Of a DNA stretch of 64,000 bases, positions 1 through 9,545 are shown one piece after another. The notes beneath the pieces are model-generated. The model did no database searches, had not been told where the DNA came from, and was given only the letters and a program-made list of their open reading frames with translations. Positions within the stretch are counted from its first letter, which is position 1. Every line of letters begins with the position of its first letter. A program made the translations under genes and the position numbers. Source of the stretch: an uncultured Clostridia bacterium (lineage in GTDB: Bacteria; Bacillota; Clostridia; UBA1381; UMGS1253); NCBI GenBank assembly GCA_934457145.1, contig CAKSHP010000001.1, positions 129,903 to 193,902 on the forward strand. The letters run 5' to 3'.

Positions 1-548
1 TTTTAGAATTGTGCAAAGATTTTTCGCAGCAGATAGAAGAGCTTAAAGGCAAGTGTGAGAAATATGAAAAAAGCATTGCCGAAAAGGACGAAAAAATTGC
101 CGGGCTTGACCGCGAGCGCATGCATATTGCGGAAACTCTTTTAAAATCTAAATGCGAGGCGGATAAAATTTTGTCCGACGCACAGGAGCAGGCGGCAAAA
201 ATTACGCAGGATGTGCAAAATCAGGCAGAAACGATTTTGTCTGATGCAAAGAAAAATGCCGAGGAGCTTGTCATGCAGGCGCAAAGCGAGGCAAACCATG
301 AAAAGCTTGAGGGAAAAAGAGCTGTTTCCGAGCTTGAAAAGCAAAAAGCATATGTTGCACAGTGCATAAATTCGTTAAAGCTTGATGTGCTTTCGGCATA
401 TGAGGTGTATATGTTAAAGCTTGAAAAATCAATGCAGCACAGCGGAGTTATAGAAGCAAAGGACGAATGTATAGAGGTTTTGCCAAACGGCGAAGAAAAT
501 GAAAATAAAAAGGAAAGCGAAGATAATTTAGAAGAGACTAATGCTTAA
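1..548 (+). CDS. DivIVA-like coiled-coil cell-division protein, 5' end outside window
   Basis: The frame stays open back to base 1, and the track ORF 9..548 merely starts at an internal TTG. The sequence is heptad-like and rich in E/K/A/Q (AEKDEKIAGLDRERMHIAETLLKSK ... AQEQAAKITQDVQNQAETILSDAKKNAEEL), as in DivIVA C-terminal halves. The diagnostic N-terminal domain is not in the window. Confidence 0.5.
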   Translation, partial: LELCKDFSQQIEELKGKCEKYEKSIAEKDEKIAGLDRERMHIAETLLKSKCEADKILSDAQEQAAKITQDVQNQAETILSDAKKNAEELVMQAQSEANHEKLEGKRAVSELEKQKAYVAQCINSLKLDVLSAYEVYMLKLEKSMQHSGVIEAKDECIEVLPNGEENENKKESEDNLEETNA

Positions 549-574
549 ATAAAAGATATGAAGGAGTGTGCAAA

Positions 575-1408
575 ATGGATTGGTCAAAAGCAAAAAGCTG
601 GCTTATAGTTTTGTTTGCCGCGCTTAACGTATTTTTGATTATAATGCTTGTGTCCGCTGTGCGACACTCTTCAACCGTTGATAAAAACACTATATTAAAA
701 ACCGTGTCTGTTTTAAAGGAAAACGGCATAGAAGTAACAGCATCGCAGATACCCGATAAAATTCCGAGACTAAACAGCGTTGAGGTTAAAAATGCGGTTT
801 CAAGCAAGGAAGAGTTTGCCTTGCGCGTATTAAAAGACGGATTTGAAAAACAGGGCGCAAACAGGTATGTTTCAAAAACGAAAACAAAAACGCTTTCTTT
901 TGAGCAAAGCAAATTCATATACACAGACTCTGCCCCGTCGGATAACGGTTTAAACATAACAAAAAAAACCGCGCCGTCGGCAGCGATTTCATTTTTAAAC
1001 GAAATAGGAATAACAACCGATTCCGCCGTTTATGAAACGGTTTTGACCGACAGTGGATTTTGCGTTAATTTCAGTCAGAAGCTTGATAAATACCCTCTTT
1101 TTGATTCGCATATTGAAGTGAAACTGTCGGAAAAAGGGGTTTTGTCGGCTGAGGGAAACTGGTTTGTGCCCTCATATGATCAGGATAATGTTAAAAGCGC
1201 AGCTTCAAGAGTGAGCTCTGCGGCGAGCGCCGCAATTGAGTTTATTTCAAATGAGCAGCGAATAAAAAACGGTTCCGACAAAATAAGTGAAATATCTTTG
1301 GGATACGCTGCCGGCGATGAAGAAGAATACCGCGCTCTTGCAACGGCGGTGCCTGTGTGGCAGATTAAAACGACGGACGGAAATGTTTATTATTTTGACG
1401 CACATTGA
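575..1408 (+). CDS. YycI/YycH-like membrane-anchored regulatory protein
   Basis: AGGAG at 562-566 precedes the ATG at 575. The N-terminus [25 protein letters not shown] is a single TM anchor with the MDWS-x-x-K opening I associate with YycI-type proteins. The remainder looks extracytoplasmic. Confidence 0.5.
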   Translation: MDWSKAKSWLIVLFAALNVFLIIMLVSAVRHSSTVDKNTILKTVSVLKENGIEVTASQIPDKIPRLNSVEVKNAVSSKEEFALRVLKDGFEKQGANRYVSKTKTKTLSFEQSKFIYTDSAPSDNGLNITKKTAPSAAISFLNEIGITTDSAVYETVLTDSGFCVNFSQKLDKYPLFDSHIEVKLSEKGVLSAEGNWFVPSYDQDNVKSAASRVSSAASAAIEFISNEQRIKNGSDKISEISLGYAAGDEEEYRALATAVPVWQIKTTDGNVYYFDAH

Positions 1409-1431
1409 TTTTTAAGAAACGGAGATTTTTA

Positions 1432-3351
1432 ATGCACGACTTTTTACCCATAAATGCGCAGGAAATGAAAAAAAGAGGCTGGGACAGACCGGACTTTTTA
1501 TATATAACGGGTGACGCATATGTTGATCATCCGAGTTTCGGACATGCCATAATTTCAAGAGTGCTTGAAAAAGAGGGGTTTAATGTTTGTATTTTGCCGC
1601 AGCCGGATATAAACGACGATAAAGCGTTTTTGCAGTTCGGTACACCGAGGCTGGGCGTGCTTGTAACGTCGGGAAATTTAGACTCTATGGTTGCACATTA
1701 CACGGCGGCGAAAAAGCGCCGCAGCGACGATTTGTATTCCTCGGGCGGAGTGAGCGGAAAGAGGCCGGACAGAGCCGTTATAGCTTATTGCAATGCGGTG
1801 CGCCGCGTGTTTGGAGATATTGCGCTTATAATAGGCGGAATAGAGGCAAGTCTGCGCCGCTTTGCGCATTACGATTATTGGCAGGATAAGGTGCGCCGAT
1901 CGATTCTTTTTGACAGCCGTGCAGACATTTTAAGCTACGGAATGGGCGAAAAATCCATAGCGGAAATAGCGCGCCTTTTAGACCGCGGCGTTCCCGTGAG
2001 AAAAATAAAATCAATAAAGGGAACATGCTGCATAGCAGATAAAAACGATAATATAAAAGGTATTATGATTCCCTCGTTTGAGGAGGTGTGCGAAAGCAAA
2101 AAAGCTTATGCCGCGGCTTGCCGCATCCAGTATGAGCAACAGGATCCGATCAGGGGAAACGCTTTAATTCAGCCGCACGGCGATAAGCTTTTGGTGCAAA
2201 ATATTCCGGCGATGCCGCTTACTCAAAAGGAAATGGATGGCGTTTATGCGCTTGACTATATGCGAACGTACCACCCTTCTTATGAAGCGCTCGGCGGTAT
2301 ACCGGCAATAAGCGAGGTTAAGTTTTCCATAACGTCAAACAGAGGGTGCTTCGGAGCGTGTAACTTTTGTGCGCTGACGTTTCATCAGGGAAGAATAATT
2401 TCGGCAAGAAGCCATAAATCAATTATAGAAGAAGCAAAAAAAATAATAAGCGATCCCGATTTTAAAGGATATATCCATGATGTCGGCGGACCGACGGCGG
2501 ATTTTAGAAAGCCGGCATGCCAAAAACAGCTTAAATACGGAGCTTGCAAGGACCGCCAGTGTCTTTTTCCGACACCTTGCAAAAACCTTGAGGCGGATCA
2601 CTCTGACTATTTGTCGCTTTTGGCAAAGCTAAGGGCGCTGCCGGGCGTTAAGAAAGTGTTTGTGCGTTCGGGGCTCAGATTTGATTTTATTTTATGTGAT
2701 AAAACCGATGATTTTATATATGACTTGTGCCGTTATCATGTCAGCGGACAATTAAAGGTTGCGCCTGAGCATATTTCGCAAAATGTGCTTTCACATATGG
2801 GCAAGCCTCCGGCGGAGGTTTATAAAAAGTTTTGCGAAAAATTTAAGCTGGTTAATCAAAGGCTTAACAAAAAACAGTATCTTGTGCCTTATCTTATGAG
2901 CTCGCATCCGGGCTCAACTTTAAACGATGCGATAGAGCTTGCGCTGTTTTTAAAGGAAAACAAAATGAACCCTCAGCAGGTTCAGGATTTTTATCCGACG
3001 CCCGGCAGCATTTCCACGGCAATGTTTTACACAGGCATTGATCCGAGGACGGGAAAGGAAGTTTATGTTGCAAAAACATATGAACAAAAAGCCATGCAGC
3101 GCGCGCTTTTGCAATATAAAAATCCCGACAGCAGAAAGCTTGTTATAAAGGCGTTAAGGCTTGCCGGAAGAGATGATTTGATAGGATACACGAAAGACTG
3201 CCTTGTGCGTCCCATAGAAAATCACGGTTTTAAAGATAATAAATACGGAGGTAATAAAAATGGCAACGATAATAGACGGAAGAGCGGTTTCAAAAAAAAT
3301 AAAACAGGATTTGAAAAAAGAAGTGGAAAGCCTGAAAGAAAAAGGCATTAA
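1432..3351 (+). CDS. ygiQ: YgiQ-family (UPF0313) radical SAM protein
   Basis: GGAG at 1421-1424 precedes the ATG at 1432. The N-terminal signature is [34 protein letters not shown] and the radical SAM cluster motif is CFGACNFC. The protein has a basic low-complexity C-terminal tail, and its last 92 nt overlap folD. Confidence 0.9.
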   Translation: MHDFLPINAQEMKKRGWDRPDFLYITGDAYVDHPSFGHAIISRVLEKEGFNVCILPQPDINDDKAFLQFGTPRLGVLVTSGNLDSMVAHYTAAKKRRSDDLYSSGGVSGKRPDRAVIAYCNAVRRVFGDIALIIGGIEASLRRFAHYDYWQDKVRRSILFDSRADILSYGMGEKSIAEIARLLDRGVPVRKIKSIKGTCCIADKNDNIKGIMIPSFEEVCESKKAYAAACRIQYEQQDPIRGNALIQPHGDKLLVQNIPAMPLTQKEMDGVYALDYMRTYHPSYEALGGIPAISEVKFSITSNRGCFGACNFCALTFHQGRIISARSHKSIIEEAKKIISDPDFKGYIHDVGGPTADFRKPACQKQLKYGACKDRQCLFPTPCKNLEADHSDYLSLLAKLRALPGVKKVFVRSGLRFDFILCDKTDDFIYDLCRYHVSGQLKVAPEHISQNVLSHMGKPPAEVYKKFCEKFKLVNQRLNKKQYLVPYLMSSHPGSTLNDAIELALFLKENKMNPQQVQDFYPTPGSISTAMFYTGIDPRTGKEVYVAKTYEQKAMQRALLQYKNPDSRKLVIKALRLAGRDDLIGYTKDCLVRPIENHGFKDNKYGGNKNGNDNRRKSGFKKNKTGFEKRSGKPERKRH

Positions 3352-4114
3352 TCCATGCCTTGCGGTTGTAATAGTCGGAAACGATCCGGCAAGCAAGGTT
3401 TATGTTGCGGGAAAAATAAGAGACTGCAAGGAAATAGGGATAGAATCCAAGCATTTTGAGCTTGATGAAAACACATCTGAAGATGAGCTTTTAAAGCTTG
3501 TGAAAAAATTAAATGAAGACAAAGAGGTGTCGGGGCTTTTGGTGCAGCTGCCGCTGCCTAAGCATATTAACGAAAAAACAATTATAAATGCAATAGATCC
3601 GAAAAAGGACGTTGACGCGTTTCACCCCGTGAATGTCGGAAAAATCATGATAGGTGATTATGATTTTCTGCCGTGTACACCGTCGGGCGTTATGCACCTT
3701 TTGGAGGCGTATAACATTGATATTTGCGGCAAGGAATGCGTTGTTGTGGGAAGAAGCAATATAGTCGGAAAACCTCAGGCGATGCTGCTTTTGCAAAAGA
3801 ACGGCACGGTCACGATATGCCACTCGAAAACAAAGGATTTAAAACAGGTAACAAAAAGAGCGGATATTTTGGTTGTTGCAATAGGAAAAGGCGAATTTGT
3901 GACGGCTGATATGATAAAAGAGGGCGCAGTTGTGATAGACGTCGGCATGAACAGAAACGCTGAAGGAAAACTTGTCGGCGACGTGAAGTTTGACGAAGTG
4001 AGCGAAAAAGCGTCGTATATCACGCCCGTTCCCGGCGGAGTCGGGGTAATGACGCGCGCAATACTTATGAAAAACGCGGTTAAAGCGGCTGTTATGGCGG
4101 CGCAAAACAATTAA
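3260..4114 (+). CDS. folD: Bifunctional methylenetetrahydrofolate dehydrogenase / methenyl-THF cyclohydrolase
   Basis: GGAGG at 3245-3249 precedes the ATG at 3260. Matching motifs are [47 protein letters not shown] and [10 protein letters not shown]. Confidence 0.95.
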   Translation: MATIIDGRAVSKKIKQDLKKEVESLKEKGINPCLAVVIVGNDPASKVYVAGKIRDCKEIGIESKHFELDENTSEDELLKLVKKLNEDKEVSGLLVQLPLPKHINEKTIINAIDPKKDVDAFHPVNVGKIMIGDYDFLPCTPSGVMHLLEAYNIDICGKECVVVGRSNIVGKPQAMLLLQKNGTVTICHSKTKDLKQVTKRADILVVAIGKGEFVTADMIKEGAVVIDVGMNRNAEGKLVGDVKFDEVSEKASYITPVPGGVGVMTRAILMKNAVKAAVMAAQNN

Positions 4115-4132
4115 CGGGAGCGCGAAAGTTTA

Positions 4133-4837
4133 ATGAAAGAAATTTTAAAAAACGGCTTTGAAAAGCTTAATATAAAACTGACTGAAAAAATGACGGAGCA
4201 GTTTGAAAAATATTACAGCTTTCTTATAGAATATAATAAAAATGTTAATTTAACGGCAATCACGCAAAAACAAGACGTTGCCGTGAAACACTTTATCGAC
4301 AGCGGTTCGCTTTTGTCGGTGCTTGATATAAAGGAGGGCGCAAAGCTGATTGATGTCGGCAGCGGTGCGGGGTTTCCGGGGCTTGTTATAAAAATTCTTC
4401 GTCCGGATATTGATATAACGCTTGTCGATTCTTTAAATAAGCGCATAGTGTTTTTGCAAAAGTGCTGTGAGGTTTTGGGTATTGAGGCAAACTGCATCCA
4501 TGCCCGCGCAGAGGAGCTGGCAAAAAAGAGCGGATTTCGCGAAAGCTATGACGTTGCAACGTCGAGAGCTGTTGCAAATTTAACAACTCTTTGCGAATAC
4601 TGCCTTGCGTTTGTTAAGGTGGGCGGTGTGTTTGCTCCGCTGAAAGGTCCGTGTGCCGATGAAGAAATAAAAAGTGCGCAGCCGGCAATTAAATTGCTTG
4701 GCGGCAAGCTTTTAAAAATATCGGATGTGTGCATTGAAAGTCTCGGGCATAAGATAGTTTTGATTGACAAAATACAAAAAACTCCGGCAAAATACCCCAG
4801 AAACGGCGCAAAGCCGATAAATAATCCGTTAAAATAA
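4133..4837 (+). CDS. rsmG: 16S rRNA (guanine527-N7)-methyltransferase
   Basis: GidB-like sequence: NLTAITQKQDVAVKHFIDS, and LIDVGSGAGFPGLVIKI as the SAM-binding motif. A ParB-like gene follows, as in many Firmicutes. Confidence 0.9.
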   Translation: MKEILKNGFEKLNIKLTEKMTEQFEKYYSFLIEYNKNVNLTAITQKQDVAVKHFIDSGSLLSVLDIKEGAKLIDVGSGAGFPGLVIKILRPDIDITLVDSLNKRIVFLQKCCEVLGIEANCIHARAEELAKKSGFRESYDVATSRAVANLTTLCEYCLAFVKVGGVFAPLKGPCADEEIKSAQPAIKLLGGKLLKISDVCIESLGHKIVLIDKIQKTPAKYPRNGAKPINNPLK

Positions 4838-5002
4838 GCAAAATTATGAAAAATTAAATAAATTTTTAGCAAGCGATTTGGCTTTTTTTTTGTTCCATAA
4901 TATGGTATTATAAAGATGTCAAATCGCTTTTCTTTTTAATATATAAAAATTTGACAAAAAAATGATGTGCCCGGTTTAAATTAAAACAAAGGAGGAATTC
5001 TT

Positions 5003-5839
5003 ATGCCGCTCACAATGTGCGCAGAAAAAATCCCAAACCAGCAAAAGAGTGTTATATATGTTCCTGTGAAGCGGATTTTCCCGAATCCGTTTCAGCCCAG
5101 ACGCTATTTTGACCAGACCGCTTTAAACGAGCTTTCCGCATCAATTAAAAGCGTTGGGGTTTTACAGCCCATAAGCGTAAGACGCGGATGCGGCGATAAC
5201 TATGAGTTAATTGCGGGCGAGCGACGCTTGCGCGCAAGCAAAATGGCGGGACTTTCCTACATACCTGCTATAGTTTATGATATTTCCGACAACGAATCGG
5301 CAGTTATTGCGCTTTTGGAAAACCTTCAGCGTGCAGACCTTTCCTACATGGAGGAGGCAGAGGGTTATTTAAAGCTTATGACATATCATAATATGACGCA
5401 GGAGGAAATTGCGTTAAAGGTTGGAAAAACGCAGTCAACAATTGCAAACAAAATCCGTCTTTTAAAGCTCAGCGACACTGTTAAAAAGATGCTGGCAGCA
5501 TCACATTTAACGGAGCGCCATGCCCGCGCGCTGTTAAAGCTTTCAAACGAAGAAGATCAGATAAAGGTGTTAAACCAGGTTATAAAAAACAATTTAAATG
5601 TTTCAAAGACAGAAGAATTAATATATATGCTGCTCTGCGGAGAAACGAGCGCCGCAAAAAAGAAAAAGCGCTTCTTTGCGGGATTTCGCAGCGTGCAGAT
5701 AGTTGTAAACACAATCCGTCAGAGCGTTGGCATGATAAAGGATGCCGGAATGAATGCAACTATTAAAGAACGAATATATGACGAATATGCAGAATACACT
5801 ATCAGAATAGTAAAACCTCCTAAAGACAAAACTGAATAG
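5003..5839 (+). CDS. ParB/Noc-family nucleoid-binding protein
   Basis: AAAGGAGG RBS. ParB box motifs are present (FPNPFQPRRYFD, LSASIKSVGVLQPISVR, YELIAGERRLRASKMAG), along with an HTH (MTQEEIALKVGKTQSTIANKIRLLKL). Position directly after rsmG resembles noc. Confidence 0.85.
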   Translation: MPLTMCAEKIPNQQKSVIYVPVKRIFPNPFQPRRYFDQTALNELSASIKSVGVLQPISVRRGCGDNYELIAGERRLRASKMAGLSYIPAIVYDISDNESAVIALLENLQRADLSYMEEAEGYLKLMTYHNMTQEEIALKVGKTQSTIANKIRLLKLSDTVKKMLAASHLTERHARALLKLSNEEDQIKVLNQVIKNNLNVSKTEELIYMLLCGETSAAKKKKRFFAGFRSVQIVVNTIRQSVGMIKDAGMNATIKERIYDEYAEYTIRIVKPPKDKTE

Positions 5840-5900
5840 AATTTTGCATATCGCATATAGATATATCACCACCCCTTATTCATTTATCATTCCCTAAAGA

Positions 5901-5949
5901 GGACAGCCGTAAAAATTCTCCCCTTTTTTACCGGCTGTTCTTTTTTTTA
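5901..5949 (+). terminator. Rho-independent terminator after the parB-like gene
   Basis: GGACAGCCGTAAAAA (5901-5915) pairs with TTTTTACCGGCTGTTC (5925-5940) with one bulged C. A T8 run follows at 5941-5948. Confidence 0.75.
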
Positions 5950-5951
5950 TG

Positions 5952-5980
5952 TTGAAATTTTATGTGATGTGTGATAAAAT
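5952..5980 (+). promoter_or_regulatory. Sigma-A type promoter for trmK-nif3
   Basis: TTGAAA (5952-5957), 17-nt spacer, TAAAAT (5975-5980), with TG at 5972-5973 giving an extended -10. Confidence 0.5.
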
Positions 5981-6006
5981 GTAGTAAAAAAACAATGGAG
6001 ATTAAT

Positions 6007-6714
6007 ATGGAAAATAAAAATATGCTTTGCCATGCAACGCCGAGGACAAAGCTTTTGTGTGAGCTTGCAAAGCCATATAAAACCGTTGCCGACATAGGAT
6101 GCGATCATGCGTATGTTGCAATAGCTCTTGCGAAAATGAATAAAAAGGTTATTGCCTCCGACGTTTCAAAAGGGCCGATAGAAAAAGCCGCGCAAAATAT
6201 AAAAAGATTTAATCTTTCGGATAAAATAGAGCTTAGGCTTTGCAGCGGTCTTTGCGGTTATAAACCGTTTGAGGCGCAGGCTTTTATCATAGCCGGCATG
6301 GGGGCAAACGTTATAGCCGATATCTTAGAAAGTTCCAAATCTGTTGCAAAATCGGCGGAGGCGCTTTTTTTGCAGCCTATGACCTCGGGCGAGGTTTTAA
6401 GAAAGTATTTGTATGAAAACGGATACATAATAAAAGACGAACATCTGGTTTCAGAGGACAGAAGAATTTATTCGGTGATAGAAGCAACAAGCGGAAAAAC
6501 GGACGGCTTTTGCGATTTTGACTGCTATGTAAGCCGAGCTGCGGCAGCGAAGATAAAAAATCCGCTTTATTTAAGTTATGTTAAGAAAAAACGCGATGAA
6601 TTTTTAAAAATATTTGCAGGGCTTGAAAAATCAAGTTCAAAAAAACACCTTGCACTGTATTATAAAGAACTTGCAAACAAGGCTCAAAATCTTATTTTGA
6701 GCGCAGAAAATTAA
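6007..6714 (+). CDS. trmK: tRNA (adenine22-N1)-methyltransferase
   Basis: GGAG at 5997-6000 precedes the ATG at 6007. The track start at 5971 lies inside the predicted promoter. Motifs match B. subtilis TrmK/YqfN: VADIGCDHAYVAIALA, IIAGMGANVIADIL, LFLQP. The gene is followed by nif3 (yqfO), as in Bacillus. Confidence 0.8.
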   Translation: MENKNMLCHATPRTKLLCELAKPYKTVADIGCDHAYVAIALAKMNKKVIASDVSKGPIEKAAQNIKRFNLSDKIELRLCSGLCGYKPFEAQAFIIAGMGANVIADILESSKSVAKSAEALFLQPMTSGEVLRKYLYENGYIIKDEHLVSEDRRIYSVIEATSGKTDGFCDFDCYVSRAAAAKIKNPLYLSYVKKKRDEFLKIFAGLEKSSSKKHLALYYKELANKAQNLILSAEN

Positions 6715-6725
6715 CTGAAAGGAAA

Positions 6726-7511
6726 ATGAATATGAAAATAAAACAAATAGTTGAAAAACTTGAAAAGCTGGCTCCTCAAAAGCTTGCCTACAGCTGGGAT
6801 AATGTTGGGCTGCTGTTTGGCAGCGGCGACTGGGAGGTTAAAAAAATACTTTTAACTTTAGATATGGATGAAAATGTTGCATCAGAGGCGGCAAGAAAGG
6901 GCGCAAACCTTGTTATAGGGCATCATCCGATTTTTTTTAATCCGGCTCAAAAAATTACGGATAATTTTTCGGACGGCAAAGCCGTTATGACGCTTGCCGA
7001 AAACAAAACGGCATACTTTGCCGCACACACAAATCTCGACATTGCAAAGGGCGGTTTAAACGATTTGTTTGCAAAAAAGTTAGAGCTTTATGACGCTGAA
7101 ATTCTGGAATACACCGAAGAAACGCAGGGAATCGGCAGAATAGGAAAGTGCAAGCCGATGAGCCTTTCGGAGCTTGCAAAAAAGGTTAAAGACGTTTTTG
7201 GCGCTCAGTATGTGAGAGTGTGCGGAAATGAAGAGAAAATTGTTAAAACAGTTGCGGTAAATTCGGGCGGAGGAACTGCGCTTATAGGTGCGGCGATTAA
7301 AGAAGGCGCCGACGTTTTGGTAACGGGTGATTTTAAATATGCACAGATGCGCGAATGTGTTTTTGGCGGATTAAACGTTATTGACATTGGGCATTATAAC
7401 ACGGAAATTCTCTGCCGGGATATTTTTTATGAATTTTTGAAAAATGAGTTTAAAGATGAAATTGAAATAGAATTTTCACAGGAAAACACAAATGTGATGA
7501 AATTTATATAA
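6726..7511 (+). CDS. Nif3-like dinuclear metal centre protein (YqfO/GTP cyclohydrolase 1 type 2 homologue)
   Basis: Matching motifs are WDNVGLLFG, NLVIGHHPIFF, YFAAHTNLD and VLVTGDFKYAQ. Confidence 0.9.
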   Translation: MNMKIKQIVEKLEKLAPQKLAYSWDNVGLLFGSGDWEVKKILLTLDMDENVASEAARKGANLVIGHHPIFFNPAQKITDNFSDGKAVMTLAENKTAYFAAHTNLDIAKGGLNDLFAKKLELYDAEILEYTEETQGIGRIGKCKPMSLSELAKKVKDVFGAQYVRVCGNEEKIVKTVAVNSGGGTALIGAAIKEGADVLVTGDFKYAQMRECVFGGLNVIDIGHYNTEILCRDIFYEFLKNEFKDEIEIEFSQENTNVMKFI

Positions 7512-7540
7512 ATGTTATTTCTTCAAAAAAGAAATAAAAA

Positions 7541-7587
7541 AGGCTGTAGAAAAACAAACTGCTTTATGCGTTTTTCTACAGCCTTTT
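7541..7587. terminator. Bidirectional terminator between convergent nif3 and PHP genes
   Basis: AGGCTGTAGAAAAAC (7541-7555) pairs with GTTTTTCTACAGCCT (7570-7584), 15 bp perfect, with an A-run before and T-rich sequence after. A smaller hairpin TATTTCTT/AAGAAATA lies at 7516-7536. Confidence 0.8.
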
Positions 7588-7588
7588 A

Positions 7589-8293
7589 TTATTTAAAATT
7601 ATACGGAACAACAATATTTTTGCCGATATCGAAAACAAAGTGACGGTCTTTTATGATTTTTGCAACGTCAAAGGAGTCTTCGGGTTTAAAATCGGTTTTT
7701 AAAAAGCACTGTCCCTCGTGTCCGACGTGGTGAAAATCCGTGCCGCCGGAGATTAAAAAGTTGTGCTGTGCGGCATATTTTGCCGCCATGCTTACTCTTG
7801 AGTTATGGCCGGGATGCATATTAAAAACCTCAATGCCGTCGATGCTTTTTGGGTTTGCAAGCTCCATTCCGTCGCGGAATGGGTGTGCCTGAAGAATGAC
7901 GTTATTGCCGTTTTTAAATGCTTTGTAAAAAGCGTCTATTCCTTTGTCGAGAAATTCATAGGCATAGGGAAGCTCTTTTTCGCCGATACCGTAAATAAGA
8001 TAATCGTTTGCATTTTCGGTGAAACGTATTTCAATTCCCAAAATAATATTTATGCCGTTTTTATCGCCGAGCTTGCGAGCTGCTTCGAATTCTGATATAT
8101 ATTCTTTGAGTTTTTCTTCTTTTGTGCCGTTTTTAAAATAAAACGGGGAAAAGTGGTTTGTTATAACGACTGCGTCGGCGTTTTGTTTTTTATAAAGCTC
8201 GATAAGTTTTTCGGGTTCCACTTCGCTGCAAAGGCTTACCGGCCTTGTGTGAGCGTGCATTTCTGTTTTAAATTTAAATGCTGTTGTAAACAT
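7589..8293 (-). CDS. PHP-domain metal-dependent phosphoesterase
   Basis: The EMHAHT opening, ITNHF, and later histidine motifs (QAHPFR, FNMHPGHN, GGTDFHH) fit the PHP fold. Confidence 0.75.
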   Translation of the reverse strand: MFTTAFKFKTEMHAHTRPVSLCSEVEPEKLIELYKKQNADAVVITNHFSPFYFKNGTKEEKLKEYISEFEAARKLGDKNGINIILGIEIRFTENANDYLIYGIGEKELPYAYEFLDKGIDAFYKAFKNGNNVILQAHPFRDGMELANPKSIDGIEVFNMHPGHNSRVSMAAKYAAQHNFLISGGTDFHHVGHEGQCFLKTDFKPEDSFDVAKIIKDRHFVFDIGKNIVVPYNFK

Positions 8294-8319
8294 AAAATCA
8301 AGTCCTTTCGTCAGATACT

Positions 8320-8814
8320 TTAATTGTCGGAGTCTAAATAATCGTGCTTTTCAATAAGCACAACGGCATGAGCGCTTATTCCCTCTTTTCTGCCCTCAAA
8401 GCCCATAGTTTCGGTTGTTGTTGCTTTAACGTTTATATCGCTTATGTCCGCTCCGCAAATTGATGCCATGTTTTCGCGCATCTGCTCAACATACGGCGAC
8501 AAACGCGGTTCCTGGGCAATAATAGTTATGTCCGCATTTGAAACGAAAAATCCCATATCGTCGATAGTTGATATAACGCTTTCGAGCATCTCGCAGCTGT
8601 CGGCGTCTTTAAAGCGCTCATCGCTGTCGGGGAAAAGGCGGCCTATGTCGCCTAAAGCCGCAGCGCCTAAGATTGCGTCCATTAAAGCATGGGTGGCAAC
8701 ATCTGCGTCGGAGTGACCCAAAAGTCCTTTTTCATACGGTATTTCCACGCCGCAAAGTATAAGCTTTCTGCCGCTTACAAGTTTGTGAACATCATAACCG
8801 TGACCTATTCTCAT
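8320..8814 (-). CDS. ispF: 2-C-methyl-D-erythritol 2,4-cyclodiphosphate synthase
   Basis: Matching motifs are MRIGHGYDVHKL, GHSDADVATHALMDAILGA and GDIGRLFPD. The start overlaps the ispD stop by 4 nt. Confidence 0.95.
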   Translation of the reverse strand: MRIGHGYDVHKLVSGRKLILCGVEIPYEKGLLGHSDADVATHALMDAILGAAALGDIGRLFPDSDERFKDADSCEMLESVISTIDDMGFFVSNADITIIAQEPRLSPYVEQMRENMASICGADISDINVKATTTETMGFEGRKEGISAHAVVLIEKHDYLDSDN

Positions 8815-9545
8815 TTTTTATTTTCCTTTCGCATAATAATTTGTTTTGCGACTGCCAAATCCTCGGGAGTTGTTATTTTAATATTTTCATAATCGCCCTC
8901 CGATACGTACACGCTGTCTTTGTATTTTGTAAAAACCGCTGTGTCGTCGGTTGCTAAAAAGCCTTCCTGCTTGGCTTTTTTGTGGCATTTTATGATTTCG
9001 CCGGCGTTAAAAATCTGCGGAGTTTGAATATTTACGGCAAAGGAGCGGTCTATATCGTTTTTGATAAATCCGTTTTCGTCGATTTGCTTTAAGCTGTCCT
9101 TTACACGAACGCCCGGTGCTGCCGCACCGTATTTTTGCGCGCATAAAAAGCAGGTTTTAACAGTGCTTTCTTTTATAAGGCATCTTGCGCCGTCATGTAT
9201 AAAAACAAATCCGCTTGTGTCATTTATTTTATCAAGTCCGCAAAGCACGGACGACTGCCTGGTGGTGCCGCCTGTGATAACGGTTTCAAGCTTTGAGATA
9301 TTATATCTGGTTTTTATGTTTAAAACCTTATCAATATCGCATTTTCTTGTTACAACTATAATCGAATTTATAAATTCGCAATTCTGAAACACGCCGAGCG
9401 TGTGTGCCAGAATCGGTTTTTCGAAAAGAGGGAGAAAAACCTTGTTTATATCCTCGCCTGTTATATCTTTTCCGCTTTTCATTCGGTTGCCGCTGCCGGC
9501 AGCCATAATCAAAGCCGTGTTTTTACTGTTGTTCATATGCCGCAT
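8811..9545 (-). CDS. ispD: 2-C-methyl-D-erythritol 4-phosphate cytidylyltransferase
   Basis: The IMAAGSGNRM P-loop-like motif is present, along with VVTRKCD and GGTTRQSSV. The ATG shares one base with the glmS stop (TAATG). An alternative start is M4 at 9536. Confidence 0.9.
   Translation of the reverse strand: MRHMNNSKNTALIMAAGSGNRMKSGKDITGEDINKVFLPLFEKPILAHTLGVFQNCEFINSIIVVTRKCDIDKVLNIKTRYNISKLETVITGGTTRQSSVLCGLDKINDTSGFVFIHDGARCLIKESTVKTCFLCAQKYGAAAPGVRVKDSLKQIDENGFIKNDIDRSFAVNIQTPQIFNAGEIIKCHKKAKQEGFLATDDTAVFTKYKDSVYVSEGDYENIKITTPEDLAVAKQIIMRKENKK

Noticed and set aside
4271-4290. parS-like half site (CCGTGAAACA) inside rsmG.
   Set aside because: Only the right half matches. The left half has about 5 mismatches to TGTTNCACGTGAAACA.
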